DNA of 64,000 bases from Paragordius varius (Eukaryota; Animalia; Nematomorpha): contig OZ176056.1 in NCBI GenBank assembly GCA_964247055.1, positions 558,001 through 622,000 of the forward strand, in the 5' to 3' direction. The notes under the pieces were generated by a model, which was not told the origin of the DNA, did not search any database, and worked only from the letters and a program-made list of their open reading frames with translations. Both the position numbers and the translations under genes were made by a program. Of this stretch, positions 26,701-42,000 are shown one piece after another. Every line of letters begins with the position of its first letter. Position 1 is the stretch's first letter.

Positions 26701-27960
26701 TCCGATTTTTACAGCGATACTTTAAAAAATAATGTATAAAAGTAGTCGCATCAATACTCAAGTTAAACTTTGTCCGTAAAAATCGGATATTGGTCGCCGG
26801 TTAACAAAACTATTTTTACATTCTCTTAGTAAGACTACATCAAAATATAGAGATAGTTTGACAAACTCTTTCATATCCGATTTTTACAGCGATACTTTAA
26901 AAATTATGGTTTTAAACCAGTCGCATCAATACTCAAGTTAAACTTTGTCCTTAAAAATCGGATATTGGTCACAGTTGAACAAAATTATTTTTTATACATT
27001 ATCTTAGTAGGACTACATCAAAATATAGAGATAGTTTGACAAACTCTTTCATATCCGATTTTTACAGCGATACTTTAAAAAATAATTTATAAAACTAGTC
27101 GCAACAATACTCAAGTTAAACTTTGTCCTTAAAATCGGATATTGGTCGCCGCTAAAGAAAATTATTTTTTGTACATTCTCTTAGTAGGACTACATCAAAA
27201 TATAGAGATAGTTTGACAAACTCTTTCATATCCGATTTTTACAACGATACTTTAAAAATTAATGTATAAAACTAGTCGCATCATTAGTCAAGTCTTTGTC
27301 CTTAAAAATCGGATATTGGTCGCCGGTAAAGAAAATTATTTTTTATACATTCTCTTAGTAGAACTACATCAAAATATAGAGATAGTTTGACAAACTCTTT
27401 CATATCCGATTTTTACAACGATACTTTAAAAATTAATGTATAAAACTAGTCGCATCAATACTCAAGTTAAACATTGTCCTTAAGAATCGGATATTGGTCG
27501 CGGATAAAGAAAATTATTTTTTATACATTCTCTTAGTAGGACTACATCAAAATATAGGGATAGTTTGACAAACTCTTTCATATCCGATTTTTACAACGAT
27601 ACTTTAAAAATTAATGTATAAAACTAGTCGCATCATTAGTCAAGTCTTTGTCCTTAAAAATCGGATATTGGTTGCCGGTAAAGAAAATTATTTTTTTACA
27701 TTCTCTTAGTAGGACTACATCAAAATATAGAGATAGTTTGACAAACTCTTTCATATCCGATTTTTACAACGATACTTTAAAAATTAATGTATAAAACTAG
27801 TCGCATCAATACTCAAGTTAAACTTTGTCTTTAAAAATCGGATATTGGTCACAGGTGAACAAAATTATTTTTTATACATTATCTTAGTAGGACTACATCA
27901 AAATATAGAGATAGTTTGACAAACTCTTTCATATCCGATTTTTACAGCGATACTTTAAAA
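17543..27960 (+). repeat. Second clade II HOR domain: a 14-monomer unit with 13-mer and 5-mer variants
   Basis: The marker TACAATATC occurs at ~18698, 21172, 23467, 24349 and 26644 (offsets 2474, 2295, 882, 2295). Other shared markers are ATTATGGTTTTAAACCAG, TAGTAGAAC, GGTTGCC and ATTAACTT. Confidence 0.9.
20904..27257 (+). repeat. Tandem duplication of an 18-monomer, 3177-bp segment (20904-24080 and 24081-27257)
   Basis: The chimeric monomer ATTATGGTTTTAAACCAG...GTCGCCGCTAAAG occurs at 21431 and 24608 (offset 3177). The same 18 subtypes follow in the same order, and I noticed no differences between the copies by eye. Confidence 0.88.
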
Positions 27961-30900
27961 ATTAATGTATAAAACTAGTCGCATCAATACTCAAGTTAAA
28001 CTTTGACTTAAAAATCGGATATTGGTCACCGGTGAACAAAATTATTTTTTATACATTTTCTTAGTAGGACTACATTAAAATATAGAGATATTTTGACAAA
28101 CTCTTTCATATCCGATTTTTACAACGATACTTTAAAAATTAATTTATAAAACTAGTCGCATCAATACTCAAGTTAAACTTTGTCCTTAAAAATCGGATAT
28201 TGGTCGCCGGTAAAAAAAATTATTTTTTATACATTCTCTTAGTAGGACTACATCAAAATATAGAGATAGTTTGACAAACTCTTTCATATCCGATTTTTAC
28301 AACGATACTTTAAAAATTAATTTATAAAACTAGTCGCATCATTAGTCAAGTCTTTGTCCTTAAAAATCGGATATTGGTCGCCGGTAAAGAAAATTATTTT
28401 TTATACATTCTCTTAGTAGGACTACATCAAAATATAGAGATAGTTTGACAAACTCTTTCATATCCGATTTTTACAACGATACTTTAAAAATTAATGTATA
28501 AAATTAGCCGCATCATTAGTCAAATTAAATTGTCCTTATAAATCTGATATTGGTCACCGGTGAACAAAATTAATTTTTATACATTCTCTTAATAGGACTA
28601 CATCATAATATAAAGATATTTTGACAAATTCTTTCATATCCGATTTTTACAACGATACTTTAAAAATTAATTTATAAAACTAGTCGCATCAATACTCAAG
28701 TTAAACATTGTCCTTAAGAATCGGATATTGGTCGCGGATAAAGAAAATTATTTTTTATACATTCTCTTAGTAGGACTACATCAAAATATAGGGATAGTTT
28801 GACAAACTCTTTCATATCCGATTTTTACAACGATACTTTAAAAATTAATGTATAAAACTAGTCGCATCATTAGTCAAGTCTTTGTCCTTAAAAATCGGAT
28901 ATTGGTCGCCGGTAAAGAAAATTATTTTTTTACATTCTCTTAGTAGGACTACATCAAAATATAGAGATAGTTTGACAAACTCTTTCATATCCGATTTTTA
29001 CAGCGATACTTTAAAAATTAATTTATAAAACTAGTCGCAACAATACTCAAGTTAAACTTTGTCCTCAAAATCGGATATTGGTCGCCGCTAAAGAAAATTA
29101 TTTTTTGTACATTCTCTTAGTAGGACTACATCAAAATATAGGGATAGTTTGACAAACTCTTTCATATCCGTCTTTTACAACGATACTTTAAAAATTAATG
29201 TATAAAACTAGTCGCATCATTAGTCAAGTCTTTGTCCTTAAAAATCGGATATTGGTCGCCGGTAAAGAAAATTATTTTTTTACATTCTCTTAGTAGGACT
29301 ACATCAAAATATAGAGATAGTTTGACAAACTCTTTCATATCCGATTTTTACAACGATACTTTAAAAATTAATGTATAAAACTAGTCGCATTATTAGTCAA
29401 GTCTTTGTCCTTAAAAATCGGATATTGGTTGCCGGTAAAGAAAATTATTTTTTTACATTCTCTTAGTAGGACTACATCAAAATATAGAGATAGTTTGACA
29501 AACTCTTTCATATCCGATTTTTACAACGATACTTTAAAAATTAATGTATAAAACTAGTCGCATCAATACTCAAGTTAAACTTTGTCTTTAAAAATCGGAT
29601 ATTGGTCACAGGTGAACAAAATTATTTTTTATACATTATCTTAGTAGGACTACATCAAAATATAGAGACAGTTTGACAAACTCTTTCATATCCGATTTTT
29701 ACAGCGATACTTTAAAAATTAATGTATAAAACTAGTCGCATCAATACTCAAGTTAAACTTTGACTTAAAAATCGGATATTGGTCACCGGTGAACAAAATT
29801 ATTTTTTATACATTTTCTTAGTAGGACTACATCAAAATATAGAGATATTTTGACAAACTCTTTCATATCCGATTTTTACAACGATACTTTAAAAATTAAT
29901 TTATAAAACTAGTCGCATCAATACTCAAGTTAAACTTTGTCCTTAAAAATCGGATATTGATCGCCGGTAAAGAAAATTATTTTTTATACATTCTCTTAGT
30001 AGGACTACATCAAAATATAGAGATAGTTTGACAAACTCTTTCATATCCGATTTTTACAACGATACTTTAAAAATTAATTTATAAAACTAGTCGCATCAAT
30101 ACTCAAGTTAAACTTTGTCCTTAAAATCGGATATTGGTCGCCGCTAAAGAAAATTATTTTTTGTACATTCTCTTAGTAGGACTACATCAAAATATAGAGA
30201 TAGTTTGACAAACTCTTTCATATCCGATTTTTACAACGATACTTTAAAAATTAATGTATTAAACTAGTCGCATCATTAGTCAAGTCTTTGTCCTTAAAAA
30301 TCGGATATTGGTCGCCGGTAAAGAAAATTATTTTTTATACATTCTCTTAGTAGGACTACATCAAAATATAGAGATAGTTTGACAAACTCTTTCATATCCG
30401 ATTTTTACAACGATACTTTAAAAATTAATGTATAAAATTAGCCGCATCATTAGTCAAATTAAATTGTCCTTATAAATCTGATATTGGTCACCGGTGAACA
30501 AAATCAATTTTTATACATTCTCTTAATAGGACTACATCATAATATAAAGATATTTTGACAAATTCTTTCATATCCGATTTTTACAACGATACTTTAAAAA
30601 TTAATTTATAAAACTAGTCGCATCAATACTCAAGTTAAACATTGTCCTTAAGAATCGGATATTGGTCGCGGATAAAGAAAATTATTTTTTATACATTCTC
30701 TTAGTAGGACTACATCAAAATATAGAGATATTTTGACAAACTCTTTCATATCCGATTTTTACAGGGATACTTTAAAAATTAATGTATAAAACTAGTCGCA
30801 TCATTAGTCAAGTCTTTGTCCTTAAAAATCGGATATTGGTCGCCGGTAAAGAAAATTATTTTTTTACATTCTCTTAGTAGGACTACATCAAAATATAGAG

Positions 30901-32891
30901 ATAGTTTGACAAACTCTTTCATATCCGATTTTTACAGGGATACTTTAAAAATTAATGTATAAAACTAGTCGCATCATTAGTCAAGTCTTTGTCCTTAAAA
31001 ATCGGATATTGGTCGCCGGTAAAGAAAATTATTTTTTTACATTCTCTTAGTAGGACTACATCAAAATATAGAGATAGTTTGACAAACTCTTTCATATCCG
31101 ATTTTTACAACGATACTTTAAAAATTAATGTATAAAACTAGTCGCATCAATACTCAAGTTAAACTTTGTCTTTAAAAATCGGATATTGGTCACAGGTGAA
31201 CAAAATTATTTTTTATACATTATCTTATTAGGACTACATCAAAATATAGAGATAGTTTGACAAACTCTTTCATATCCGATTTTTACAGCGATACTTTAAA
31301 AATTAATGTATAAAACTAGTCGCATCAATACTCAAGTTAAACTTTGACTTAAAAATCGGATATTGGTCACCGGTGAACAAAATTATTTTTTATACATTTT
31401 CTTAGTAGGACTACATCAAAATATAGAGATATTTTGACAAATTCTTTCATATCCGATTTTTAAAACGATACTTTAAAAATTAATGTATTAAACTAGTCGC
31501 ATCAATACTCAATTTAAACTTTGTCCTTAAAAATCGGATATTGGTCGCCGGTAAAGAAAATTATTTAATATACATTCTCTTAGTAGGACTACATCAATAT
31601 ATAGAGATAGTTTGACAAACTCTTTCATATCCGATTTTTACAGCGATACTTTAAAAATTAATGTATAAAACTAGTCGCATCAATACTCAAGTTAAACTTT
31701 GTCCTTAAAAATCGGATATTGGTCACAGGTGAACAAAACTATTTTTTATACATTATCTTAGTAGGACTACATCAAAATATAGAGATAGTTTGACAAACTC
31801 TTTCATATCCGATTTTTATAACGATACTTTAAAAATTAATTTATAAAACTAGTCGCATCAATACTCAAGTTAAACATTGTCCTTAAGAATCGGATATTGG
31901 TCGCGGATAAAGAAAATTATTTTTTATACATTCTCTTAGTAGGACTACATCAAAATATAGAGATAGTTTGACAAACTCTTTCATATCCGATTTTTACAAC
32001 GATACTTTAAAAATTAATGTATAAAACTAGTCGCATCATTAGTCAAGTCTTTGTCCTTAAAAATCGGATATTGGTCCCCGGTAAAGAAAATTATTTTTTT
32101 ACATTCTCTTAGTAGGACTACATCAAAATATAGAGATAGTTTGACAAACTCTTTCATATCCGATTTTTACAACGATACTTTAAAAATTAATGTATAAAAC
32201 TAGTCGCATCAATACTCAAGTTAAACTTTGTCCTTAAAAATCGGATATTGGTCACCGGTTAACAAAACTATTTTTTATACATTCTCTTAGTAGGACTACA
32301 TCAAAATATAGAGATAGTTTGACAAACTCTTTCATATCCGATTTTTACAGCGATACTTTAAAAATTAATGTATAAAACTAGTCGCATCAATACTCAAGTT
32401 AAACTTTGTCCTTAAAAATCGGATATTGGTCACAGGTGAACAATATTATTTTTTATACATTATCTTAGTAGGACTACATCAAAATATAGAGATAGTTTGA
32501 CAAACTCTTTCATATCCGATTTTTACAACGATACTTTAAAAATTAATGTATAAAACTAGTCGCATCATTAGTCAAGTCTTTGTCCTTAAAAATCGGATAT
32601 TGGTCGCCGGTAAAGAAAATTATTTTTTATACATTCTCTTAGTAGGACTACATCAAAATATAGAGATAGTTTGACAAACTCTTTCATATCCGATTTTTAC
32701 AACGATACTTTAAAAATTAATGTATAAAACTAGCCGCATCATTAGTCAAATTAAATTGTCCTTATAAATCTGATATTGGTCACCGGTGAACAAAATTAAT
32801 TTTTATACATTATCTTAGTAGGACTACATCATAATATAAAGATATTTTGACAAATTCTTTCATATCCGATTTTTACAGCGATACTTTAAAA

Positions 32892-35800
32892 ATTAATGTA
32901 TAAAACTAGTCGCATCAATACTCAAGATAAACTTTGTCCTTAAAAATCAGATATTGGTCACAGGTGAACAAAATTATTTTTTTTACATTATCATAGTAGG
33001 ACTACATCAAAATATAGATATAGTTTGACAAACTCTTTCATATCCGATTTTTACAGCGATACTTTAAAAAATAATGTATAAAAGTAGTCGCATCAATACT
33101 CAAGTTAAACTTTGTCCGTAAAAATCGGATATTGGTCACAGGTTAACAAAACTATTTTTTATACATTCTCTTAGTAGGACTACATCAAAATATAGAGATA
33201 GTTTGACAAACTCTTTCATATCCGATTTTTACAACGATACTTTAAAAATTAATGTATAAAACTATCCGCATCATTAGTCAAATTAAATTGTCCTTATAAA
33301 TCTGATATTGGTCACCGGTGAACAAAATTATTTTTTATACATTCTCTTAGTAGGACTATATCAAAATATAGAGATAGTTTGACAAACTCTTTCATATCCG
33401 ATTTTTACAACAATACTTTAAAAATTAATGTATAAAACTAGCCGCATCATTAGTCAAATTAAATTGTCGTTATAAATCTGATATTGGTCACCGGTGAACA
33501 AAATTAATTTGTATACACTCTCTTAATAGGACTACATCATAATATAAAGATATTTTGACAAATTCTTTCATATCCGATTTTTACAGCGATACTTTAAAAA
33601 TTAATGTATAAAACTAGTCGCATCAATACTCAAGTTAAACTTTATCCTTAAAAATCGGATATTGGTCACAGGTGAACAAAATTATTTTTTATACATTCTC
33701 TTAGTAAGACTACATCAAAATATAGAGATAGTTTGACAAACTCTTTCATATCCGATTTTTACAGCGATACTTTAAAAATTAATTTATAAAACTAGTCGCA
33801 TCAATACTCAAGTTAAACTTTGTCCGTAAAAATCGGATATTGGTCACAGGTTAACAAAACTATTTTTTATACATTCTCTTAGTAAGACTACATCAAAATA
33901 TAGAGATAGTTTGACAAACTCTTTCATATCCGATTTTTACAACGATACTTTAAAAATTAATGTATAAAACTAGTCGCATCATTAGTCAAGTCTTTGTCCT
34001 TAAAAATCGGCTATTGGTCGCCGGTAAAGAAAATTATTTTTTATACATTCTCTTAGTAGGACTACATCAATATATAGAGATAGTTTGACAAACTCTTTCA
34101 TATCCGATTTTTACAGCGATACTTTAAAAATTAATGTATAAAACTAGTCGCATCAATACTCAAGTTAAACTTTGTCCTTAAAAATCGGATATTGGTCACA
34201 GGTGAACAATATTATTTTTTATACATTATCTTAGTAGGACTACATCAAAATATAGAGATAGTTTGACAAACTCTTTCATATCCGATTTTTACAACGATAC
34301 TTTAAAAATTAATGTATAAAACTAGTCGCATCATTAGTCAAGTCTTTGTCCTTAAAAATCGGATATTGGTCGCCGGTAAAGAAAATTATTTTTTATACAT
34401 TCTCTTAGTAGGACTACATCAAAATATAGAGATAGTTTGACAAACTCTTTCATATCCGATTTTTACAACGATACTTTAAAAATTAATGTATAAAACTAGC
34501 CGCATCATTAGTCAAATTAAATTGTCCTTATAAATCTGATATTGGTCACCGGTGAACAAAATTAATTTTTATACATTATCTTAGTAGGACTACATCATAA
34601 TATAAAGATATTTTGACAAATTCTTTCATATCCGATTTTTACAGCGATACTTTAAAAATTAATGTATAAAACTAGTCGCATCAATACTCAAGTTAAACTT
34701 TGTCCGTAAAAATCGGATATTGGTCACAGGTTAACAAAACTATTTTTTATACATTCTCTTAGTAGGACTACATCAAAATATAGAGATAGTTTGACAAACT
34801 CTTTCATATCCGATTTTTACAACGATACTTTAAAAATTAATGTATAAAACTATCCGCATCATTAGTCAAATTAAATTGTCCTTATAAATCTGATATTGGT
34901 CACCGGTGAACAAAATTATTTTTTATACATTCTCTTAGTAGGACTATATCAAAATATAGAGATAGTTTGACAAACTCTTTCATATCCGATTTTTACAACG
35001 ATACTTTAAAAATTAATGTATAAAACTAGCCGCATCATTAGTCAAATTAAATTGTCGTTATAAATCTGATATTGGTCACCGGTGAACAAAATTAATTTGT
35101 ATACACTCTCTTAATAGGACTACATCATAATATAAAGATATTTTGACAAATTCTTTCATATCCGATTTTTACAGCGATACTTTAAAAATTAATGTATAAA
35201 ACTAGTCGCATCAATACTCAAGTTAAACTTTATCCTTAAAAATCGGATATTGGTCACAGGTGAACAAAATTATTTTTTATACATTCTCTTAGTAAGACTA
35301 CATCAAAATATAGAGATAGTTTGACAAACTCTTTCATATCCGATTTTTACAGCGATACTTTAAAAATTAATTTATAAAACTAGTCGCATCAATACTCAAG
35401 TTAAACTTTGTCCGTAAAAATCGGATATTGGTCACAGGTTAACAAAACTATTTTTTATACATTCTCTTAGTAAGACTACATCAAAATATAGAGATAGTTT
35501 GACAAACTCTTTCATATCCGATTTTTACAACGATACTTTAAAAATTAATGTATAAAACTAGTCGCATCATTAGTCAAGTCTTTGTCCTTAAAAATCGGCT
35601 ATTGGTCGCCGGTAAAGAAAATTATTTTTTATACATTCTCTTAGTAGGACTACATCAAAATATAGAGTTAGTTTGACAAACTCTTTCATATCCGATTTTT
35701 ACAACGATACTTTAAAAATTAATGTATAAAACTAGCCGCATCATTAGTCAAATTAAATTGTCCTTATAAATCTGATATTGGTCACCGGGGAACAAAATTA

Positions 35801-37663
35801 ATTTTTATACATTCTCTTAATAGGACTACATCATAATATAAAGATATTTTGACAAATTCTTTCATATCCGATTTTTACAACGATACTTTAAAAAATAATG
35901 TATAAAAGTAGTCGCATCAATACTCAAGTTAAACTTTGTCCTTAAAAATCGGATATTGGTCACCGGTTAACAAAACTATATTTTATACATTCTCTTAGTA
36001 GGACTAGATCAAAATATAAAGATAGTTTGACAAATTCTTTCATATCCGATTTTTACAGCGATACTTTAAAAATTAATGTATAAAACTAGTCGCATCAATA
36101 CTCAAGATAAACTTTGTCCTTAAAAATCGGATATTGGTCACAGGTGAACAAAATTATTTTTTTTACATTATCATAGTAGGACTACATCAAAATATAGATA
36201 TAGTTTGACAAACTCTTTCATATCCGATTTTTACAGCGATACTTTAAAAAATAATGTATAAAAGTAGTCGCATCAATACTCAAGTTAAACTTTGTCCGTA
36301 AAAATCGGATATTGGTCACAGGTTAACAAAACTATTTTTTATACATTCTCTTAGTAGGACTACATCAAAATATAGAGATAGTTTGACAAACTCTTTCATA
36401 TCCGATTTTTACAACGATACTTTAAAAATTAATGTATAAAACTATCCGCATCATTAGTCAAATTAAATTGTCCTTATAAATCTGATATTGGTCACCGGTG
36501 AACAAAATTATTTTTTATACATTCTCTTAGTAGGACTATATCAAAATATAGAGATAGTTTGACAAACTCTTTCATATCCGATTTTTACAACGATACTTTA
36601 AAAATTAATGTATAAAACTAGCCGCATCATTAGTCAAATTAAATTGTCGTTATAAATCTGATATTGGTCACCGGTGAACAAAATTAATTTGTATACACTC
36701 TCTTAATAGGACTACATCATAATATAAAGATATTTTGACAAATTCTTTCATATCCGATTTTTACAGCGATACTTTAAAAATTAATGTATAAAACTAGTCG
36801 CATCAATACTCAAGTTAAACTTTATCCTTAAAAATCGGATATTGGTCACAGGTGAACAAAATTATTTTTTATACATTCTCTTAGTAAGACTACATCAAAA
36901 TATAGAGATAGTTTGACAAACTCTTTCATATCCGATTTTTACAGCGATACTTTAAAAATTAATTTATAAAACTAGTCGCATCAATACTCAAGTTAAACTT
37001 TGTCCGTAAAAATCGGATATTGGTCACAGGTTAACAAAACTATTTTTTATACATTCTCTTAGTAAGACTACATCAAAATATAGAGATAGTTTGACAAACT
37101 CTTTCATATCCGATTTTTACAACGATACTTTAAAAATTAATGTATAAAACTAGTCGCATCATTAGTCAAGTCTTTGTCCTTAAAAATCGGCTATTGGTCG
37201 CCGGTAAAGAAAATTATTTTTTATACATTCTCTTAGTAGGACTACATCAAAATATAGAGTTAGTTTGACAAACTCTTTCATATCCGATTTTTACAACGAT
37301 ACTTTAAAAATTAATGTATAAAACTAGCCGCATCATTAGTCAAATTAAATTGTCCTTATAAATCTGATATTGGTCACCGGGGAACAAAATTAATTTTTAT
37401 ACATTCTCTTAATAGGACTACATCATAATATAAAGATATTTTGACAAATTCTTTCATATCCGATTTTTACAACGATACTTTAAAAAATAATGTATAAAAG
37501 TAGTCGCATCAATACTCAAGTTAAACTTTGTCCTTAAAAATCGGATATTGGTCACCGGTTAACAAAACTATATTTTATACATTCTCTTAGTAGGACTAGA
37601 TCAAAATATAAAGATAGTTTGACAAATTCTTTCATATCCGATTTTTACAGCGATACTTTAAAA
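32892..37663 (+). repeat. 9-monomer HOR (periods 1588 and 1592 bp) nested in an 18-monomer 3180-bp register
   Basis: The marker ACTATCCGC occurs at 33261, 34849 and 36441. The CAAGATAAAC monomer occurs at 32892 and 36072. GAGTTAG and CACCGGGG each recur 1592 bp apart. Confidence 0.9.
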
Positions 37664-39081
37664 ATTAATGTATAAAACTAGTCGCATCAATACTCAAGTT
37701 AAACTTTGTCCTTAAAAATCGGATATTGGTCACAGGTGAACAAAACTATTTTTTATACATTATCTTAGTAGGAATACATCAAAATATAGAGATAGTTTGA
37801 CAAACTCTTTCATATCCGATTTTTACAACGATACTTTAAAAATTAATTTATAAAACTAGTCGCATCCATACTCAAGTTAAACATTGTCCTTAAGAATCGG
37901 ATATTGGTCGCGGATAAAGAAAATTATTTTTTATACATTCTCTTAGTAGGACTACATCAAAATATAGAGATAGTTTGACAAACTCTTTCATATCCGATTT
38001 TTACAACGATACTTTAAAAATTAATTTATAAAACTAGTCGCATCAATACTCAAGTTAAACTTTGTCCTTATAAATCGGATATTGGTCACAGGTGAACAAA
38101 ACTATTTTTTATACATTATCTTAGTAGGACTACATCAAAATATAGAGATAGTTTGACAAACTCTTTCATATCCGATTTTTACAACGATACTTTAAAAATT
38201 AATTTATAAAACTAGTCGCATCAATACTCAAGTTAAACATTGTCCTTAAGAATCGGATATTGGTCGCGGATAAAGAAAATTATTTTTTATACATTCTCTT
38301 AGTAGGACTACATCAAAATATAGGGATAGTTTGACAAACTCTTTCATATCCGATTTTTACAGGGATACTTTAAAAATTAATGTATAAAACTAGTCGCATC
38401 ATTAGTCAAGTCTTTGTCCTTAAAAATCGGATATTGGTCGCCGGTAAAGAAAATTATTTTTTTACATTCTCTTAGTAGGACTACATCAAAATATAGAGAT
38501 AGTTTGACAAACTCTTTCATATCCGATTTTTACAACGATACTTTAAAAATTAATGTATAAAATTAGTCGCATCAATACTCAAGTTAAACTTTGTCTTTAA
38601 AAATCGGATATTGGTCACAGGTGAACAAAATTATTTTTTATACATTATCTTAGTAGGACTACATCAAAATATAGAGATAGTTTGACAAACTCTTTCATAT
38701 CCGATTTTTACAGCGATACTTTAAAAATTAATGTATAAAACTAGTCGCATCAATACTCAAGTTAAACTTTGACTTAAAAATCGGATATTGGTCACCGGTG
38801 AATAAAATTATTTTTTATACATTTTCTTAGTAGGACTACATCAAAATATAGAGATATTTTGACAAATTCTTTCATATCCGATTTTTAAAACGATACTTTA
38901 AAAATTAATGTATTAAACTAGTCGCATCAATACTCAATTTAAACTTTATCCTTAAAAATCGGATATTGGTCGCCGGTAAAGAAAATTATTTAATATACAT
39001 TCTCTTAGTAGGACTACATCAATATATAGAGATAGTTTGACAAACTCTTTCATATCCGATTTTTACAGCGATACTTTAAAA

Positions 39082-42000
39082 ATTAATGTATAAAACTAGT
39101 CGCATCAATACTCAAGTTAAACTTTGTCCTTAAAAATCGGATATTGGTCACAGGTGAACAAAACTATTTTTTATACATTATCTTAGTAGGACTACATCAA
39201 AATATAGAGATAGTTTGACAAACTCTTTCATATCCGATTTTTACAACGATACTTTAAAAATTAATTTATAAAACTAGTCGCATCAATACTCAAGTTAAAC
39301 ATTGTCCTTAAGAATCGGATATTGGTCGCGGATAAAGAAGATTATTTTTTATACATTCTCTTAGTAGGACTACATCAAAATATAGAGATAGTTTGACAAA
39401 CTATTTCATATCCGATTTTTACAACGATACTTTAAAAATTAATGTATAAAACTAGTCGCATCATTAGTCAAGTCTTTGTCCTTAAAAATCGGATACTGGT
39501 CGCCGGTAAAGAAAATTATTTTTTTACATTCTCTTAGTAGGACTACATCAAAATATAGAGATAGTTTGACAAACTCTTTCATATCCGATTTTTACAACGA
39601 TACTTTAAAAATTAATGTATAAAACTAGTCGCATCAATACTCAAGTTAAACTTTGTCCTTAAAAATCGGATATTGGTCGCGGATAAAGAAAATTATTTTT
39701 TATACATTCTCTTAGTAGGACTACATCAAAATATAGGGATAGTTTGACAAACTCTTTCATATCCGATTTTTACAGGGATACTTTAAAAATTAATGTATAA
39801 AACTAGTCGCATCATTAGTCAAGTCTTTGTCCTTAAAAATCGGATATTGGTCGCCGGTAAAGAAAATTATTTTTTTACATTCTCTTAGTAGGACTACATC
39901 AAAATATAGAGATAGTTTGACAAACTCTTTCATATCCGATTTTTACAACGATACTTTAAAAATTAATGTATAAAACTAGTCGCATCAATACTCAAGTTAA
40001 ACTTTGTCTTTAAAAATCGGATATTGGTCACAGGTGAACAAAATTATTTTTTATACATTATCTTAGTAGGACTACATCAAAATATAGAGATAGTTTGACA
40101 AACTCTTTCATATCCGATTTTTACAGCGATACTTTAAAAATTAATGTATAAAACTAGTCGCATCAATATTCAAGTTAAACTTTGACTTAAAAATCGGATA
40201 TTGGTCACCGGTGAACAAAATTATTTTTTATACATTTTCTTAGTAGGACTACATCAAAATATAGAGATATTTTGACAAATTCTTTCATATCCGATTTTTA
40301 AAACGATACTTTAAAAATTAATGTATTAAACTAGTCGCATCAATACTCAATTTAAACTTTGTCCTTAAAAATCGGATATTGGTCGCCGGTAAAGAAAATT
40401 ATTTAATATACATTCTCTTAGTAGGACTACATCAATATATAGAGATAGTTTGACAAACTCTTTCATATCCGATTTTTACAGCGATACTTTAAAAATTAAT
40501 GTATAAAACTAGTCGCATCAATACTCAAGTTAAACTTTGTCCTTAAAAATCGGATATTGGTCACAGGTGAACAAAACTATTTTTTATACATTATCTTAGT
40601 AGGACTACATCAAAATATAGATATAGTTTGACAAACTCTTTCATATCCGATTTTTACAACGATACTTTAAAAATTAATTTATAAAACTAGTCGCATCAAT
40701 ACTCAAGTTAAACATTGTCCTTAAGAATCGGATATTGGTCGCGGATAAAGAAAATTATTTTTTATACATTATCTTAGTAGGACTACATCAAAATATAGAG
40801 ATAGTTTGACAAACTCTTTCATATCCGATTTTTACAACGATACTTTAAAAATTAATGTATAAAACTAGTCGCATCATTAGTCAAGTCTTTGTCCTTAAAA
40901 ATCGGATATTGGTCGCCGGTAAAGAAAATTATTTTTTTACATTCTCTTAGTAGGACTACATCAAAATATAGAGATAGTTTGACAAACTCTTTCATATCCG
41001 ATTTTTACAACGATACTTTAAAAATTAATGTATAAAACTAGTCGCATCAATACTCAAGTTAAACTTTGTCCTTAAAAATCGGATATTGGTCACCGGTTAA
41101 CAAAACTATTTTTTATACATTCTCTTAGTAGGACTACATCAAAATATAGAGATAGTTTGACAAACTCTTTCATATCCGATTTTTACAGCGATACTTTAAA
41201 AATTAATGTATAAAACTAGTCGCATCAATACTCAAGTTAAACTTTGTCCTTAAAAATCGGATATTGGTCACAGGTGAACAAAATTATTTTTTATACATTA
41301 TCTTAGTAGGACTACATCAAAATATAGAGATAGTTTGACAAACTCTTTCATATCCGATTTTTACAACGATACTTTAAAAATTAATTTATAAAACTAGTCG
41401 CATCAATACTCAAGTTAAACATTGTCCTTAAGAATCGGATATTGGTCGCGGATAAAGAAAATTATTTTTTATACATTCTCTTAGTAGGACTACATCAAAA
41501 TATAGGGATAGTTTGACAAACTCTTTCATATCCGATTTTTACAGGGATACTTTAAAAATTAATGTATAAAACTAGTCGCATCATTAGTCAAGTCTTTGTC
41601 CTTAAAAATCGGATATTGGTCGCCGGTAAAGAAAATTATTTTTTTACATTCTCTTAGTAGGACTACATCAAAATATAGAGATAGTTTGACAAACTCTTTC
41701 ATATCCGATTTTTACAACGATACTTTAAAAATTAATGTATAAAACTAGTCGCATCAATACTCAAGTTAAACTTTGTCTTTAAAAATCGGATATTGGTCAC
41801 AGGTGAACAAAATTATTTTTTATACATTATCTTAGTAGGACTACATCAAAATATAGAGATAGTTTGACAAACTCTTTCATATCCGATTTTTACAGCGATA
41901 CTTTAAAAATTAATGTATAAAACTAGTCGCATCAATATTCAAGTTAAACTTTGACTTAAAAATCGGATATTGGTCACCGGTGAACAAAATTATTTTTTAT

